A DNA stretch of 62,196 nucleotides, filler included, from Deltaproteobacteria bacterium (GTDB taxonomy: Bacteria > JAEEML01): assembly GCA_016283195.1 (NCBI GenBank). It is 7 parts of 7 records of this genome, joined end to end, with 100 filler letters (N's around TTAATTAATTAA, not from the genome) between each part and the next. Parts side by side here need not be neighbours in the genome. Positions count along the whole stretch, not along the records: positions 1 to 11,271 come from JAEEML010000081.1; positions 11,372 to 16,460 come from JAEEML010000082.1; positions 16,561 to 39,826 come from JAEEML010000083.1; 4 more parts are not named here. One strand, written 5' to 3'. Shown one piece after another: positions 10,254-20,497 of the stretch (the stretch's first letter is position 1; the number at the start of each line of letters is the position of its first letter). Both the position numbers and the translations under genes were made by a program. The notes below the pieces were generated by a model. That model was not told the DNA's origin, did no database searches, and worked only from the letters and a program-made list of their open reading frames with translations.

Positions 10254-11165
10254 TTACCTATTTTCCATGAGCCAAATCATCAGTTGCTTTTGGGCATGGA
10301 GGCGGTTTTCCGCTTCGTCAAAAATTTCCGGGTGGGATTCAATAACACTGGCAGCTATCTCTTCACCGCGGTGAGCCGGCAGGCAGTGCAGCACTTTTAC
10401 CCCGGATTTGGCCACTTTCAAAAGCTCTTCATCAACAATAAAACCTTTGAAATCCTGGGCTCTTTTAGCTTTTTCCGCCTCCTGGCCCATGCTGGCCCAA
10501 ACATCGGTGGTCACCACATCGGCCTCTTTGGCTGCCTCTTTGGGGCTATGCACAATATTGATTTGCTTATTGCCACGTGCTCTGGCCCGTGCCAAAATAG
10601 CGGCATCAGGCTCATAGCCCTCTGGCACAGCCAAGGTAAGCTTAAAGCCCAAGTGGCCGGCAGATTCAATCCAGGAATTGGCCATATTATTGCCATCGCC
10701 AATCCAGGCTACAGCCATAGTGGCCAAATCAAGGCCATGCTCTTTAAGTGTCATAAGGTCTGCCAGAAGCTGGCAAGGATGCACCAAATCGGTGAGGCCG
10801 TTAATAATGGGCACACCGGCATATTTAGCATATTTTTCCACTACTTCCTGGCCAAAAGTGCGCACCATTATCATATCGCAATAGCGGCCCATTACCCGCG
10901 CGGTGTCTTCTGTGGGCTCACCGCGGGCAATCTGCGAACCGGAGGAGGTTACCACCACAGCCTGGCCGCCAAGATGATAAATGCCCGTTTCAAAGCTCAC
11001 TCTGGTGCGCGTAGATGACTTTTCAAAAACAAGAGCCACCACTTTGTCTTTGAGAGTTTTAGGGTCCTGCCCGGCCCGGTGTGCTTTTTTCAGAGCTATG
11101 GCATTATCCAAAAGAGCTTTTAGTTCATCTGTCGTTACATCTTCAAAAGAAAGTAAGTGCTTCAT
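10254..11165 (-). CDS. argF: Ornithine carbamoyltransferase
   Basis: STRTRVSFE, HPCQ, GDGNN, DVWASMG, HCLPAHRG. Confidence 0.96.
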   Translation of the reverse strand: MKHLLSFEDVTTDELKALLDNAIALKKAHRAGQDPKTLKDKVVALVFEKSSTRTRVSFETGIYHLGGQAVVVTSSGSQIARGEPTEDTARVMGRYCDMIMVRTFGQEVVEKYAKYAGVPIINGLTDLVHPCQLLADLMTLKEHGLDLATMAVAWIGDGNNMANSWIESAGHLGFKLTLAVPEGYEPDAAILARARARGNKQINIVHSPKEAAKEADVVTTDVWASMGQEAEKAKRAQDFKGFIVDEELLKVAKSGVKVLHCLPAHRGEEIAASVIESHPEIFDEAENRLHAQKQLMIWLMENR

Positions 11166-11271
11166 GGTTTCTCCTCATACCCATCCAGAAAATTAAGTGC
11201 CATGCCCACCGGCCGGCGGGCGAAGTATAGCAACAGAAGAGCACCGGAGGCAGATCTCAATCATCATTTAA

Positions 11272-11371
11272 NNNNNNNNNNNNNNNNNNNNNNNNNNNNN
11301 NNNNNNNNNNNNNNNTTAATTAATTAANNNNNNNNNNNNNNNNNNNNNNNNNNNNNNNNNNNNNNNNNNNN
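11272..11371. other. Artificial contig spacer
   Basis: N-run + TTAATTAATTAA (stops in all frames) + N-run. Confidence 0.98.
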
Positions 11372-11761
11372 AAGCCTTAGGGCATAGTCGTTAACCGGAG
11401 CTTTGGGGAGAGTATAGCAAGCCTCATATCCGGAGAGCAGATTGTCCATTAAATTGCCGAGGCCCTCCGGTGTAGCCGATTTTTTGTAACTAAAATCAAA
11501 GCGAAAAACCGGGTATTTTATCCACTCCTTCTCCAGTTTTTCTATGGCAAGCCCGCTAAAAAGCTCTTTTTGCCCTTTGAAATAGGCTTCAAGTGTGGAG
11601 ATTAAAAGGCTTTTTCCAAAGCGGCGCGGGCGGGAGAGAAAATAGACTTTGCCCTCTGTCACCAGCTTATAAATAAGGGCTGTTTTATCAATATAAATAG
11701 CTTCGCGCCGGCGAATATCTTCAAATGTCTGCATACCGATGGGGAACATACGCTTACTCAT
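11372..11761 (-). CDS. AAA-ATPase_like family protein (usually fused to a PD-(D/E)XK nuclease), N-terminal part only
   Basis: MSKRMFPIGMQTFEDIR...YIDKT...YFLSRPRRFGKSLL; RBS GGAGG; runs into the gap. Confidence 0.88.
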
Positions 11762-11882
11762 GGCTTCCTCCCTGCGGCGCAGTGTAGCAGGTTTTAGCGG
11801 CTGGTGGAAGGGGGTGGAAAATCCGGTTTTATAGCGCACCGCAAAGCGCTAACAGATTAGCGCCCTGCCAAGGCTACTATTG

Positions 11883-13148
11883 CTATTTGACCTCTTGCAA
11901 AACATCTTTATAAATATGGGATAAATGGTCATCATCAAGAGATTTCACCACCGGGGCGAGTTTATCGAGCTCGGCTTTGCCGCCAAGAGCGGCAATACCC
12001 CTTATAACCTGCCCTTTGCCCAAAAAGTTCATTTGACGATCTTGCAACATATCGGTCATAACAGCTAAAAACTCATCTACTTTAAACCAGGTAGCCTCTG
12101 CTTTCCATTTATCAAACTGACCGTGATCATTAGCTACTTGCTTAAAAACATAAGTAGCCTCCCAAGCCGGAAGGAGGTTGCTGCGCGGCTTTTTTTGAAA
12201 ATAAGCCATAGTGGCTCTATAGGCAGCCTCGCTATGATGCTCATGCGCCGGATAATCTAGCCACATAGTAGCGAGTCCGCGCATACATTCATCATGGAGG
12301 GACATTTTTTGCGGATTGTTTAATATAGCCACGATAGGTTCAATAAGCTCTTCGTTATATAGTTTACCGGCACCGACACAGGCACTTTCCGCCACTTTGG
12401 GATCGCTGTCGTTCATCAGAGCAATAATGGCCTCTTTAGCACCGGCTACTTTATTCGAACCGGCATTGGTTAAAGCATTAACTACCTGCTGGCGAATAAA
12501 AACATTCTCGTGTTTGGCCATATTTATCAAAAAAGCGCCTATTTCTGCATCTTTATTGCCATCAGCGGCCAAGCCGGCTACCAATTTTTTGAGAGCATAA
12601 GGTTCTTCTTCGCTTTTAATCGCCTCCTTTATCAAAGTAAGGTCCGGAGTGCCAGAGGAAAGCAACTCATGGAAGGCGGCATAAGCTCTACCGCGCACAA
12701 TAGGCGAAGTGTTTTTTACAAGTCGCGGCAAAGTAGCGGTAAATGGCGGTAAATTAGCGCCGTCTTTGCGCAAAAGTCTAATGGCCCTGGCAGCAATATT
12801 GCTATTTCTATCAACCGAGAAGGTCTCATCATCTATTTTGGCACAAGCCATGGCTTCCATAATTGCGGCATATTCATTGGGGGTAACATTAGCCGGATCT
12901 TTTACTGTGGCCCGCAAAGATTCCGCAGTAACAGTTTTACAATCCACGGTTTGCGGCGGATCGAGTTCCGACTGCGGAGCCTGAACTAAAGCTTTGTCGG
13001 AGAGCGCATCGCTGCCCTTATCAGAAGCCGGAGCCGAGGTCTTTTCCTCATTAGATGCTACCGTATTTTCGGCCTGTTGTTGCTTGTTGCAGTTAGCTAT
13101 TGTTACAGCTATGGCGGCGCAGAAAAACGGAACAAACATTTTTTTCAT
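11883..13148 (-). CDS. HEAT-repeat lipoprotein
   Basis: Lipoprotein-like signal (IANC); LMNDSDPKVAESA-type HEAT repeats. Confidence 0.7.
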   Translation of the reverse strand: MKKMFVPFFCAAIAVTIANCNKQQQAENTVASNEEKTSAPASDKGSDALSDKALVQAPQSELDPPQTVDCKTVTAESLRATVKDPANVTPNEYAAIMEAMACAKIDDETFSVDRNSNIAARAIRLLRKDGANLPPFTATLPRLVKNTSPIVRGRAYAAFHELLSSGTPDLTLIKEAIKSEEEPYALKKLVAGLAADGNKDAEIGAFLINMAKHENVFIRQQVVNALTNAGSNKVAGAKEAIIALMNDSDPKVAESACVGAGKLYNEELIEPIVAILNNPQKMSLHDECMRGLATMWLDYPAHEHHSEAAYRATMAYFQKKPRSNLLPAWEATYVFKQVANDHGQFDKWKAEATWFKVDEFLAVMTDMLQDRQMNFLGKGQVIRGIAALGGKAELDKLAPVVKSLDDDHLSHIYKDVLQEVK

Positions 13149-13337
13149 AAATCTCTCCTCTACAAGTGGCGTACCACTTAAAACGATGACAAAATCTAGT
13201 GATGCCCAGAGTATCTGTCAATGGGATTATATTCTAAAATGGCGCCTGATTTTGCGCTATTCCCTTGCGACCGGGCTCTATCTCGGCTATAAGAGCGCCA
13301 GTGGAAATAGCTTCCACAATATAAGCAGGAGTTTCTT

Positions 13338-14822
13338 ATGAGTGAGCGCAAAAGCGGTATTTTAATGCACATCAGTTCTCTGCCTTCTATTTACCCCATC
13401 GGCGATTTTGGCCCGGCGGCCCGCCGTTTTGCTGATTTTTTACAAAAAGCGGGGCAAAAAATCTGGCAGGTTCTGCCGCTCACCGCTACCGACCCCGGGC
13501 GCGGCAACAGCCCCTATAGCAGCATTTCGGCTTTTGCCATAAACCCGCTCTTTATCAGCCCGGAAATTTTAGCCGCTGACGGCCTCATCACCCAAGAAGA
13601 GCTCTCTATTTATGCCACCAGCGAAAAAGGCACTGTTAATTACGACCAGGCTATTTCCGGCAAAGATCAGCTTTTACGCCTAGCTAGCCGACGCTTTGCC
13701 CAAAAAGCGGATTTGATGGAAAAACTAGCCGCTTTTGAAGAAGAAGAGAGCTACTGGCTTAGCGATATGGCTATTTATACCGTCATCCGCCAGGTGCTCA
13801 AAATTTACGAATGGCCCAAATGGCCGGAAGAATTAAAACTGCGCACCAATTTGGCCACCTTCGCCAAAGAGCACGAAGAAGAAATTTTGCACCAAAAGAT
13901 TTGCCAATATTTTGCTTACAGCCAGTGGAAAGATCTTTTAAATTATTGCCATGAAAAAGGCCTCGAAGTTTTGGGCGATATTCCCATTTATGTAGATCAC
14001 GATAGCTCCGATGTCTGGAGCCACCCCGAGCTCTTTAAGCTGGACAGCGAATACAAAGTGGCCGCCGCCGCCGGCGTGCCGCCCGATTATTTCAGCGCCA
14101 CCGGCCAGCTCTGGGGTAATCCTTGCTATAATTGGCCCAAAATTGCCGAAACCGGCTTTGACTGGTGGGTGCGGCGGCTAGAGCACAACCAGGCCATGTT
14201 TGATTATATCCGCATCGACCACTTTAGGGGCCTTGCCGCCTATTGGGAGGTGCCAGCCGGCGAAAAAACAGCCATCAACGGTAAATGGGTGCCCGGCCCC
14301 GGCGCGGCTCTCTTTAGAGCGGCCGAAGAACGCCTGGGCAAATTAAATATTGTGGCCGAGGATTTAGGCACCATCACCCCTGATGTCATCAGCCTCATCA
14401 ATGAGCTGGGCTTCCCCGGCATGAAGGTTTTGCAATTTGCCTTCTCTGACCCCCAAAACCTCTACATGCCGCATAATTTTGAAAGAAATACCGTGGTTTA
14501 TACCGGCACCCACGACAACAACACCACCGTGGGCTGGTACAAAACCGACGCCAGTGACAAAGAGCGCGGCTATCTCGCCGCTTATACCGGCAAAAAGATC
14601 ACCAGCGACAATGTGGCCTGGGAGCTTTTGCGCCTGGCCGAAGCTTCTGTAGCCAATACTGCCATTATCGCCATGCAGGATGCCCTCTCGCTCGATGGCT
14701 GGGCCCGCATGAACACTCCTGGTGTGGCCGCCAATAACTTTGCCTGGCGCATGGTAGAAAACCAGCTCAGCGATAAACTGGCCACCGAGCTTTTAACCCT
14801 TACGCAGCTCTTTAACCGGTAA
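13338..14822 (+). CDS. malQ: 4-alpha-glucanotransferase (amylomaltase, GH77)
   Basis: GILMHISSLP, GVPPDYFSATGQLWGNP, RIDHFRG, AEDLG, YTGTHDN. Confidence 0.96.
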   Translation: MSERKSGILMHISSLPSIYPIGDFGPAARRFADFLQKAGQKIWQVLPLTATDPGRGNSPYSSISAFAINPLFISPEILAADGLITQEELSIYATSEKGTVNYDQAISGKDQLLRLASRRFAQKADLMEKLAAFEEEESYWLSDMAIYTVIRQVLKIYEWPKWPEELKLRTNLATFAKEHEEEILHQKICQYFAYSQWKDLLNYCHEKGLEVLGDIPIYVDHDSSDVWSHPELFKLDSEYKVAAAAGVPPDYFSATGQLWGNPCYNWPKIAETGFDWWVRRLEHNQAMFDYIRIDHFRGLAAYWEVPAGEKTAINGKWVPGPGAALFRAAEERLGKLNIVAEDLGTITPDVISLINELGFPGMKVLQFAFSDPQNLYMPHNFERNTVVYTGTHDNNTTVGWYKTDASDKERGYLAAYTGKKITSDNVAWELLRLAEASVANTAIIAMQDALSLDGWARMNTPGVAANNFAWRMVENQLSDKLATELLTLTQLFNR

Positions 14823-14830
14823 ACCCCGCC

Positions 14831-15382
14831 ATGGCCCAAGTCTTTAACCTCTTTATTCACCCCGCCGATGAAGCCGCTTTTTTGGGGCAATTTGCCAAAT
14901 ATGAGCTCTCTTTGTACCCGGAATATGTGCCGCCGGATTGGGCGCCGCCCCTAGTAAATGCCGAAGCCATTGCCACTATGAATAGCCAGGAGAGCGCTTG
15001 GTACCTAGCGGCAGAAAAGATGGATGAAATCACCGCCTACCCTATTAAACGCGGCCCATATAAAGGTTTTCTTAAGATAGAAGAGGTGCCCTCGCCGGTT
15101 TTTTATTATGAACGCTCTTTTATCAACGACAAAAACGAGCTCGTGGCCGGCAAACTCTGGGTGGAGCTGGAAGGCATCGACGGCCTGGCCCAAGGGCGCC
15201 CCAAGCCCTACGGCCTAAAAGTCATCTATAACGAGCTGAATAACTGGATAAATAAGACTTATCGCCGCTCTATCCCCAAAGGCGCCTGGATTAGCCCCAA
15301 GGCCGCCGCCAAATGGAAGGCCGGAGAACTCACCTTGCGCCTTGCTGGCCACCATGCCGGCACAGTCAGCGTGTGGAAATAA
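14831..15382 (+). CDS. Hypothetical protein
   Basis: 183-aa ORF 8 bp after malQ, same strand, host-like codon usage. Confidence 0.75.
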   Translation: MAQVFNLFIHPADEAAFLGQFAKYELSLYPEYVPPDWAPPLVNAEAIATMNSQESAWYLAAEKMDEITAYPIKRGPYKGFLKIEEVPSPVFYYERSFINDKNELVAGKLWVELEGIDGLAQGRPKPYGLKVIYNELNNWINKTYRRSIPKGAWISPKAAAKWKAGELTLRLAGHHAGTVSVWK

Positions 15383-15422
15383 TCTCTTTTTTGCTTGGTT
15401 TATTTAAGCAGCGGGAAGTGAA

Positions 15423-15499
15423 TGGTCGGGGTGGCAAGATTCGAACTTGTGACCTCTTCGTCCCGAACGAAGCGCTCTACCAGGCTGAGCTACACCCCG
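15423..15499 (-). tRNA. tRNA-Pro (anticodon CGG)
   Basis: Reverse complement CGGGGTGTAGCTCAGCCTGGTAGAGCGCTTCGTTCGGGACGAAGAGGTCACAAGTTCGAATCTTGCCACCCCGACCA folds as a cloverleaf, with encoded CCA. Confidence 0.96.
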
Positions 15500-15661
15500 G
15501 ACGCTCGCTTAGATACGAAAATTAACGGCCAAAGTCAATAACAAAAAATAAATTTTCTTAAGAAAAATACGAATTGCCCCTTAACACTGGACAATCTAAA
15601 GGACTTTTGATAACAAAAGCCCGCTATATGAGCGCATGGCGCCTGAGGAGTTTCCGTAAAA

Positions 15662-16460
15662 ATGTTAGAAATAGTCAGCAAAGGTTTTAGAACAGCCAAA
15701 AATCTCATCACCGGCCAAACAGAGCTCACCGAGAGTAATATCGACGCCGCTTTAAAGGAGATTCGCCTCTCTCTCTTGGAAGCCGATGTCGATTTGGCGG
15801 TGGTTAAGTCCTTCTTGAATCGCGTTAAAGAACGAGCCATCGGCGAGATTGTGCCCAAAGAGCTGAAGAGCGAAAAGCGTCGCCTAAAAGTTTCTCCCGG
15901 CGACCATTTTACCGCCATTTGCCAAGACGAGCTGGAAAAGCTCATGGGCGAAGGGCAAACTATCGGTCAGCCGATAACTTTCCGCCGCCCCTTAACCACC
16001 ATTATGATGGTTGGTCTCCAGGGTGCCGGTAAAACCACCACCTGCGGCAAGCTGGCCAGCTATTTAAAAGCGCAAAAACGCAAAGTAATGCTGGTCGCCG
16101 GCGATGTTTACCGCCCCGCCGCTTATGAACAGCTCAAAGTTTTGGGCAATTCCCTGAATATCCCCGTCTTTCATAAAGAGGGGCTCATGCCGCCAGATTT
16201 GGTGCGCGCCGCTCTCTATGCCGCCCGCGAACGCCGCGTTGATGTGCTGATTCTAGATACTGCCGGCCGCCTCTCCATTGATGAGCCCTTGATGAAAGAG
16301 CTGGAGGATGTCAAAGCTATCATGAAGCCGGACAACATCTTCCTGGTGGTGGATGCTATGTCGGGCCGCGATGCCGTAAATACAGCGGCGGAATTTAACC
16401 GGCGCCTCGACATCACCGGCTTTATTATGACCAAGCTGGACGGCGATGCCCGTGGTGGTA
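15662..16460 (+). CDS. ffh: Signal recognition particle protein, 3'-truncated by gap
   Basis: LLEADV, GLQGAGKTT, DVYRPAA, DTAGRL, TKLDGDARGG. Confidence 0.95.
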
Positions 16461-16560
16461 NNNNNNNNNNNNNNNNNNNNNNNNNNNNNNNNNNNNNNNN
16501 NNNNTTAATTAATTAANNNNNNNNNNNNNNNNNNNNNNNNNNNNNNNNNNNNNNNNNNNN
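16461..16560. other. Artificial contig spacer
   Basis: Same N/TTAATTAATTAA/N linker. Confidence 0.98.
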
Positions 16561-19500
16561 AGCACAATATTTTTGCAATAATTGGAACCAAAAATACCAA
16601 AGCGTGAGATGTGCATTATATAATTAGACTGCCTGACATTTGAGAGCAGGAGATTAACCACACCCACCGGCTGACTGTCATAAGTCCCCGCCTGGTTGGT
16701 TTGAGGGCCATAGGCTTTGTGGGCAGTAAGAATGGTATTCCGGATAACAATATTGGCTGCCGCTTCCATGATGAGGAAACCGCGATAAGGAGAACCGCTG
16801 TCGCCTTCGCCGCTAATATAGTGCTCAAGACCATCAACTATAACATTCGACCTTAGGATATATATGCCACGGTTATATTCTTCCCTTGAATCAACCCGGT
16901 TGGCTATGGTGGTGAATTTACCACCGTATATATAGAGAATTTCGCTATCGACCGGGAAAGCATGCAAGGTGGTTATAGTGTTATAATCCCAAATAATCGG
17001 CGAAGATGCGGCTACGTTACCTAGCGCGTCAACCAGAATATATTCGTGCTGTATGTCACCTGTATTGGCATTGTTACCAGTACGAATATATTGGCGATTA
17101 TTGGCATTATAAGGCACCAAGACGGCCGGCCATGGCAAGTTGACATCGACATGCGTTTGGCCGCGGCTTAGGGTGGTTAAAGTGGGAGCTGCCCCCTGAT
17201 TGGTATTTACGCCGTTATCTATGAGCACCCGGGCCGGAATAGTTGATGCAACAATAAAGACGTAATTATTTTTGGCATCAAGGCCGATATTGGAATCATC
17301 AATAATAAAGTTGGCGCCGCTCCAGTTAGTATTGGTAGCAATAATGGCGCTTTGGGTTACATCGCTGATATAGTAAGTGGCGCCGGGAGTAGCACTTACA
17401 CAGCGGCCTATACTGTTGGCGTAGGCATGGGTCGCCACAATAGCCGGGAGGTCATTAACCTGACCGTTACCCAGAGCGCCAAATTGCTCATAAGTAATGC
17501 AGGGCAAATCTACTTTTGTGGCACAATTTGGCCCGCTCCAGCCGGGCTCACAAACGCAATAACCCTGGCCGTAATAGCCATCAAAACAGGTGCCGTGCTG
17601 GCCGCAATTGGGGCAGGCTATACAATTTTGGCCAAAGTAACCTTGGGCACACTGGGTGCAATTTTCGCCGCTAAAGCCGGTGTCGCACTGGCAAGTGCCG
17701 TTACCGTTTTTGCCATCGCGGCAGGTGCCGTGGTTGCAATTGGGGCAGGGGTCACAATTTGGACCATAATGATTATCGGCACAGGCATTGCAAGTTGTGC
17801 CGGACCAATTAGCTAAGCAAGTGCAGCCGCCAAAGCCGTTTAAGCCCTCATGGCAGGTGCCGTGATAGCAAGTGGGGCATTTTTGACAATTTGGCCCATA
17901 ATAACCGCTGGCGCAATTTGTACATTGCAAACCGTCCCAGCCGGTATCGCATGTACAATCACCATGGCCTGATGGGCCGTCATTGCAGGAACCGTGGTTA
18001 CAATTCTGGCAAAGCTGGCAACTGGCACCGTAATAATTTTCGGCGCAGGTATTGCAACGAGTGCCGCTCCAGCCTGGGTCACACATACAGGTGCCGTTGC
18101 CCCAAATATTGTCACGGCAAGTACCGTGCTGGCCGCAATCCGGGCACTTTTCACAATTTGGGCCAAAGTAGCCATCGGCACAATTGTCGCAAAGATCGCT
18201 GGCAAAGCCTTCCTGACAGACACATTCGCCGCTGGCATAGATGCCGGAGAGCGGGCTGCCATGCTCGCCGCAATCGGGCACCGGGTCGCAATTTAGGCCA
18301 AAGTGGCCGGGGGCACAATCGTCACAAAATTCGCCGCCAAAGCCGGGCAAACAATTGCACTGGCCGCTGCCCATGGGGCCATCATCGCAGGAGCCGTTTA
18401 CACAAGGCTGACATCTTTCGCAATTCTCGCCAAAATAGCCGGGAGCGCAAGTGTCGCAATTTTCGCCGCTAAAGCCGAGAGCGCAGCGGCACTCGCCGTT
18501 ATTATCAAGGCCGCTATTGCAAGTGCCGTGCTCGCCGCAATCCGGGCAGGGGTCACAATTGGGCCCAAAGTGGCCGTCTAAGCACTCATTGCAGAGTTCT
18601 CCGCCAAATCCTTCCTGGCAGGTGCACCCGCCACTACCGGAAATTCCGCTATTGCAAGTGCCGTGCTCGCCGCAATCCGGGCAGGGGTCACAATTTTCGC
18701 CAAAGAAGTCGCTGTTACAATCAGCGCAGGTCGGGCCGGTAAAGCCGCTATTACATAGGCACTCGCCGCTGCCTGATAGGCCGTCTTGGCAAAGGCCGTG
18801 AGCGCCGCAAATGGGGCAGGCTTCACAATTTGGGCCAAAGTAGCCGGGAGCACAGGTATCACAAGCCGGGCCGGCAAAGCCGCTATCGCAAGCACAGGTG
18901 CCATTGCCGGAGATGGTATCTTGGCAGTGGCCATGCTCACCGCAATCCGGGCAAAGTTCACAATCCGGCCCAAAGCGGCCGCTTTCGCACTCGGCGCAAT
19001 CGGGAGCGGCAAATCCTACGGCGCATTCATTGCATAAAGCGCCGCTAAAGCCTTTATTGCAAACACAAGCGCCGTCACCGGCAATAGTGTCGCGGCAGTG
19101 GCTATGCGGGCCGCAAGCCGGGCATTTCTCACAATTCGGCCCGAAATGGCCGGGAGCGCAGCTGTTGCAATAAGTGCCGGCAAAGCCGCTATTGCAAGCG
19201 CAGGTGCCATTGCCGGAGATGGTCTCCTGGCAGTGGCCATGCTCGCCGCAAGCCGGGCATTTTTCGCAATTTTCGCCGAAGTGGCCGGCGGCGCATTCAT
19301 TACATAAAGCGCCGCTAAAGCCGGGCAAACAATTGCAAGTGCCGTCGTTATTTTTGCCGTCATTACAAGAGGCGTGCGGGCCGCAATTTGGGCATTTTTC
19401 GCAATTTTCGCCAAAATAGCCCTTGGCACAATCGGTGCAAAATTCGCCGGCAAAGCCTTCTTGGCAAAGACAGTTGCCACTACTATAGAGCCCCTCTATG

Positions 19501-20468
19501 GCTGAGCCGTGCGGGCCGCAATCCGGCACTGGGTCGCAATTTGGCCCAAAGTGGCCTTTGGCACATTCATCGCAAAGATCGCCGCCAAAACCGGGCAGGC
19601 AATCACACTTGCCGCTGCCAGAGAGGCTATCAACGCAGGCGCCATTTAAACAGGCCGGGCATTTTTCGCAATTTTCGCCAAAATAGCCTGGAGCGCAGGT
19701 ATCACAAGCCTGGCCGGTAAAGCCCTCGTTGCAAGTACATTTCCCATCGTTATTAAGGCCGGCATTACAAGTGCCGTGCGGGCCGCAATCCGGGCACTCG
19801 GCGCAACTTGGGCCAAAGTGACCGGCGGCGCATTGTTTGCAAGTTGGGCCGCCAAAGCCGGGCTCACATATACAGTTGCCGTCATTATCGGGGCCGGTGT
19901 TACAAGTGCCGTGAATGCCGCAATTGGGGCAGGGCAGGCAATTTTGGCCGTAGTAACCGGCGGTGCACTCATTGCAATCTTCGCCGGTGAAGCCGGTATT
20001 GCAAGCACATTCACCGTCGCCGGAAGCGCCGTCGTTGCAAGTGCTGTGGGGGTTACATTGTTTGCACGGCTGACAATTAGATCCATAATAACCTTTGGCA
20101 CATTCGTCGCAGTGCTCGCCTTTCCAGCCTAAAGCACAAAAACATGAGCCGTTGTTATAGAGCCCATCGAGACAAAAACCATGTGGGCCGCAATCGGGGC
20201 AAGGGTCACAATTAGGGCCGAAAAAGCCTTTTTGACATTCATCGCACGAAGAATTGAAATTGGCATTCGGGCACTCTTTGGGGGGCGTTACATCAGTAAC
20301 GCTGTCATCGCTCATAGCATCGCTGGCACTATCACTGGATGTGTCATCGTTGCCGCGATTTACCGGCGGTTTTGTTTCCTGAACCGGTTCCAGTGGCTGG
20401 CTACAAGCGCCTAAGCTCTGACCAATTGCCCAAAGCCCCAGGAGCATATATGATATGTGTTTTTTCAC
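16561..20468 (-). CDS. Large lipoprotein with about 20 laminin/EGF-like Cys repeats and a C-terminal beta-helix (pectate-lyase-3-like) domain; 3'-truncated
   Basis: Lipobox LGAC; repeated CxxCxxGxFGxNCxxCPxCGxHGxCxxGxxGxGxCxCxxGFxG; ITYEQFGALGNGQVNDLPAI beta-helix cap. Confidence 0.85.
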
Positions 20469-20497
20469 CTTTGCACCTCACGTTGAAGCAGCCCTAG

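Noticed and set aside
15313-15525. 70-aa ORF
   Set aside because: Antisense to tRNA-Pro and overlaps the upstream gene.
17352-20414. Many overlapping ORFs on both strands
   Set aside because: Shadow frames of the GC-rich EGF-repeat gene.
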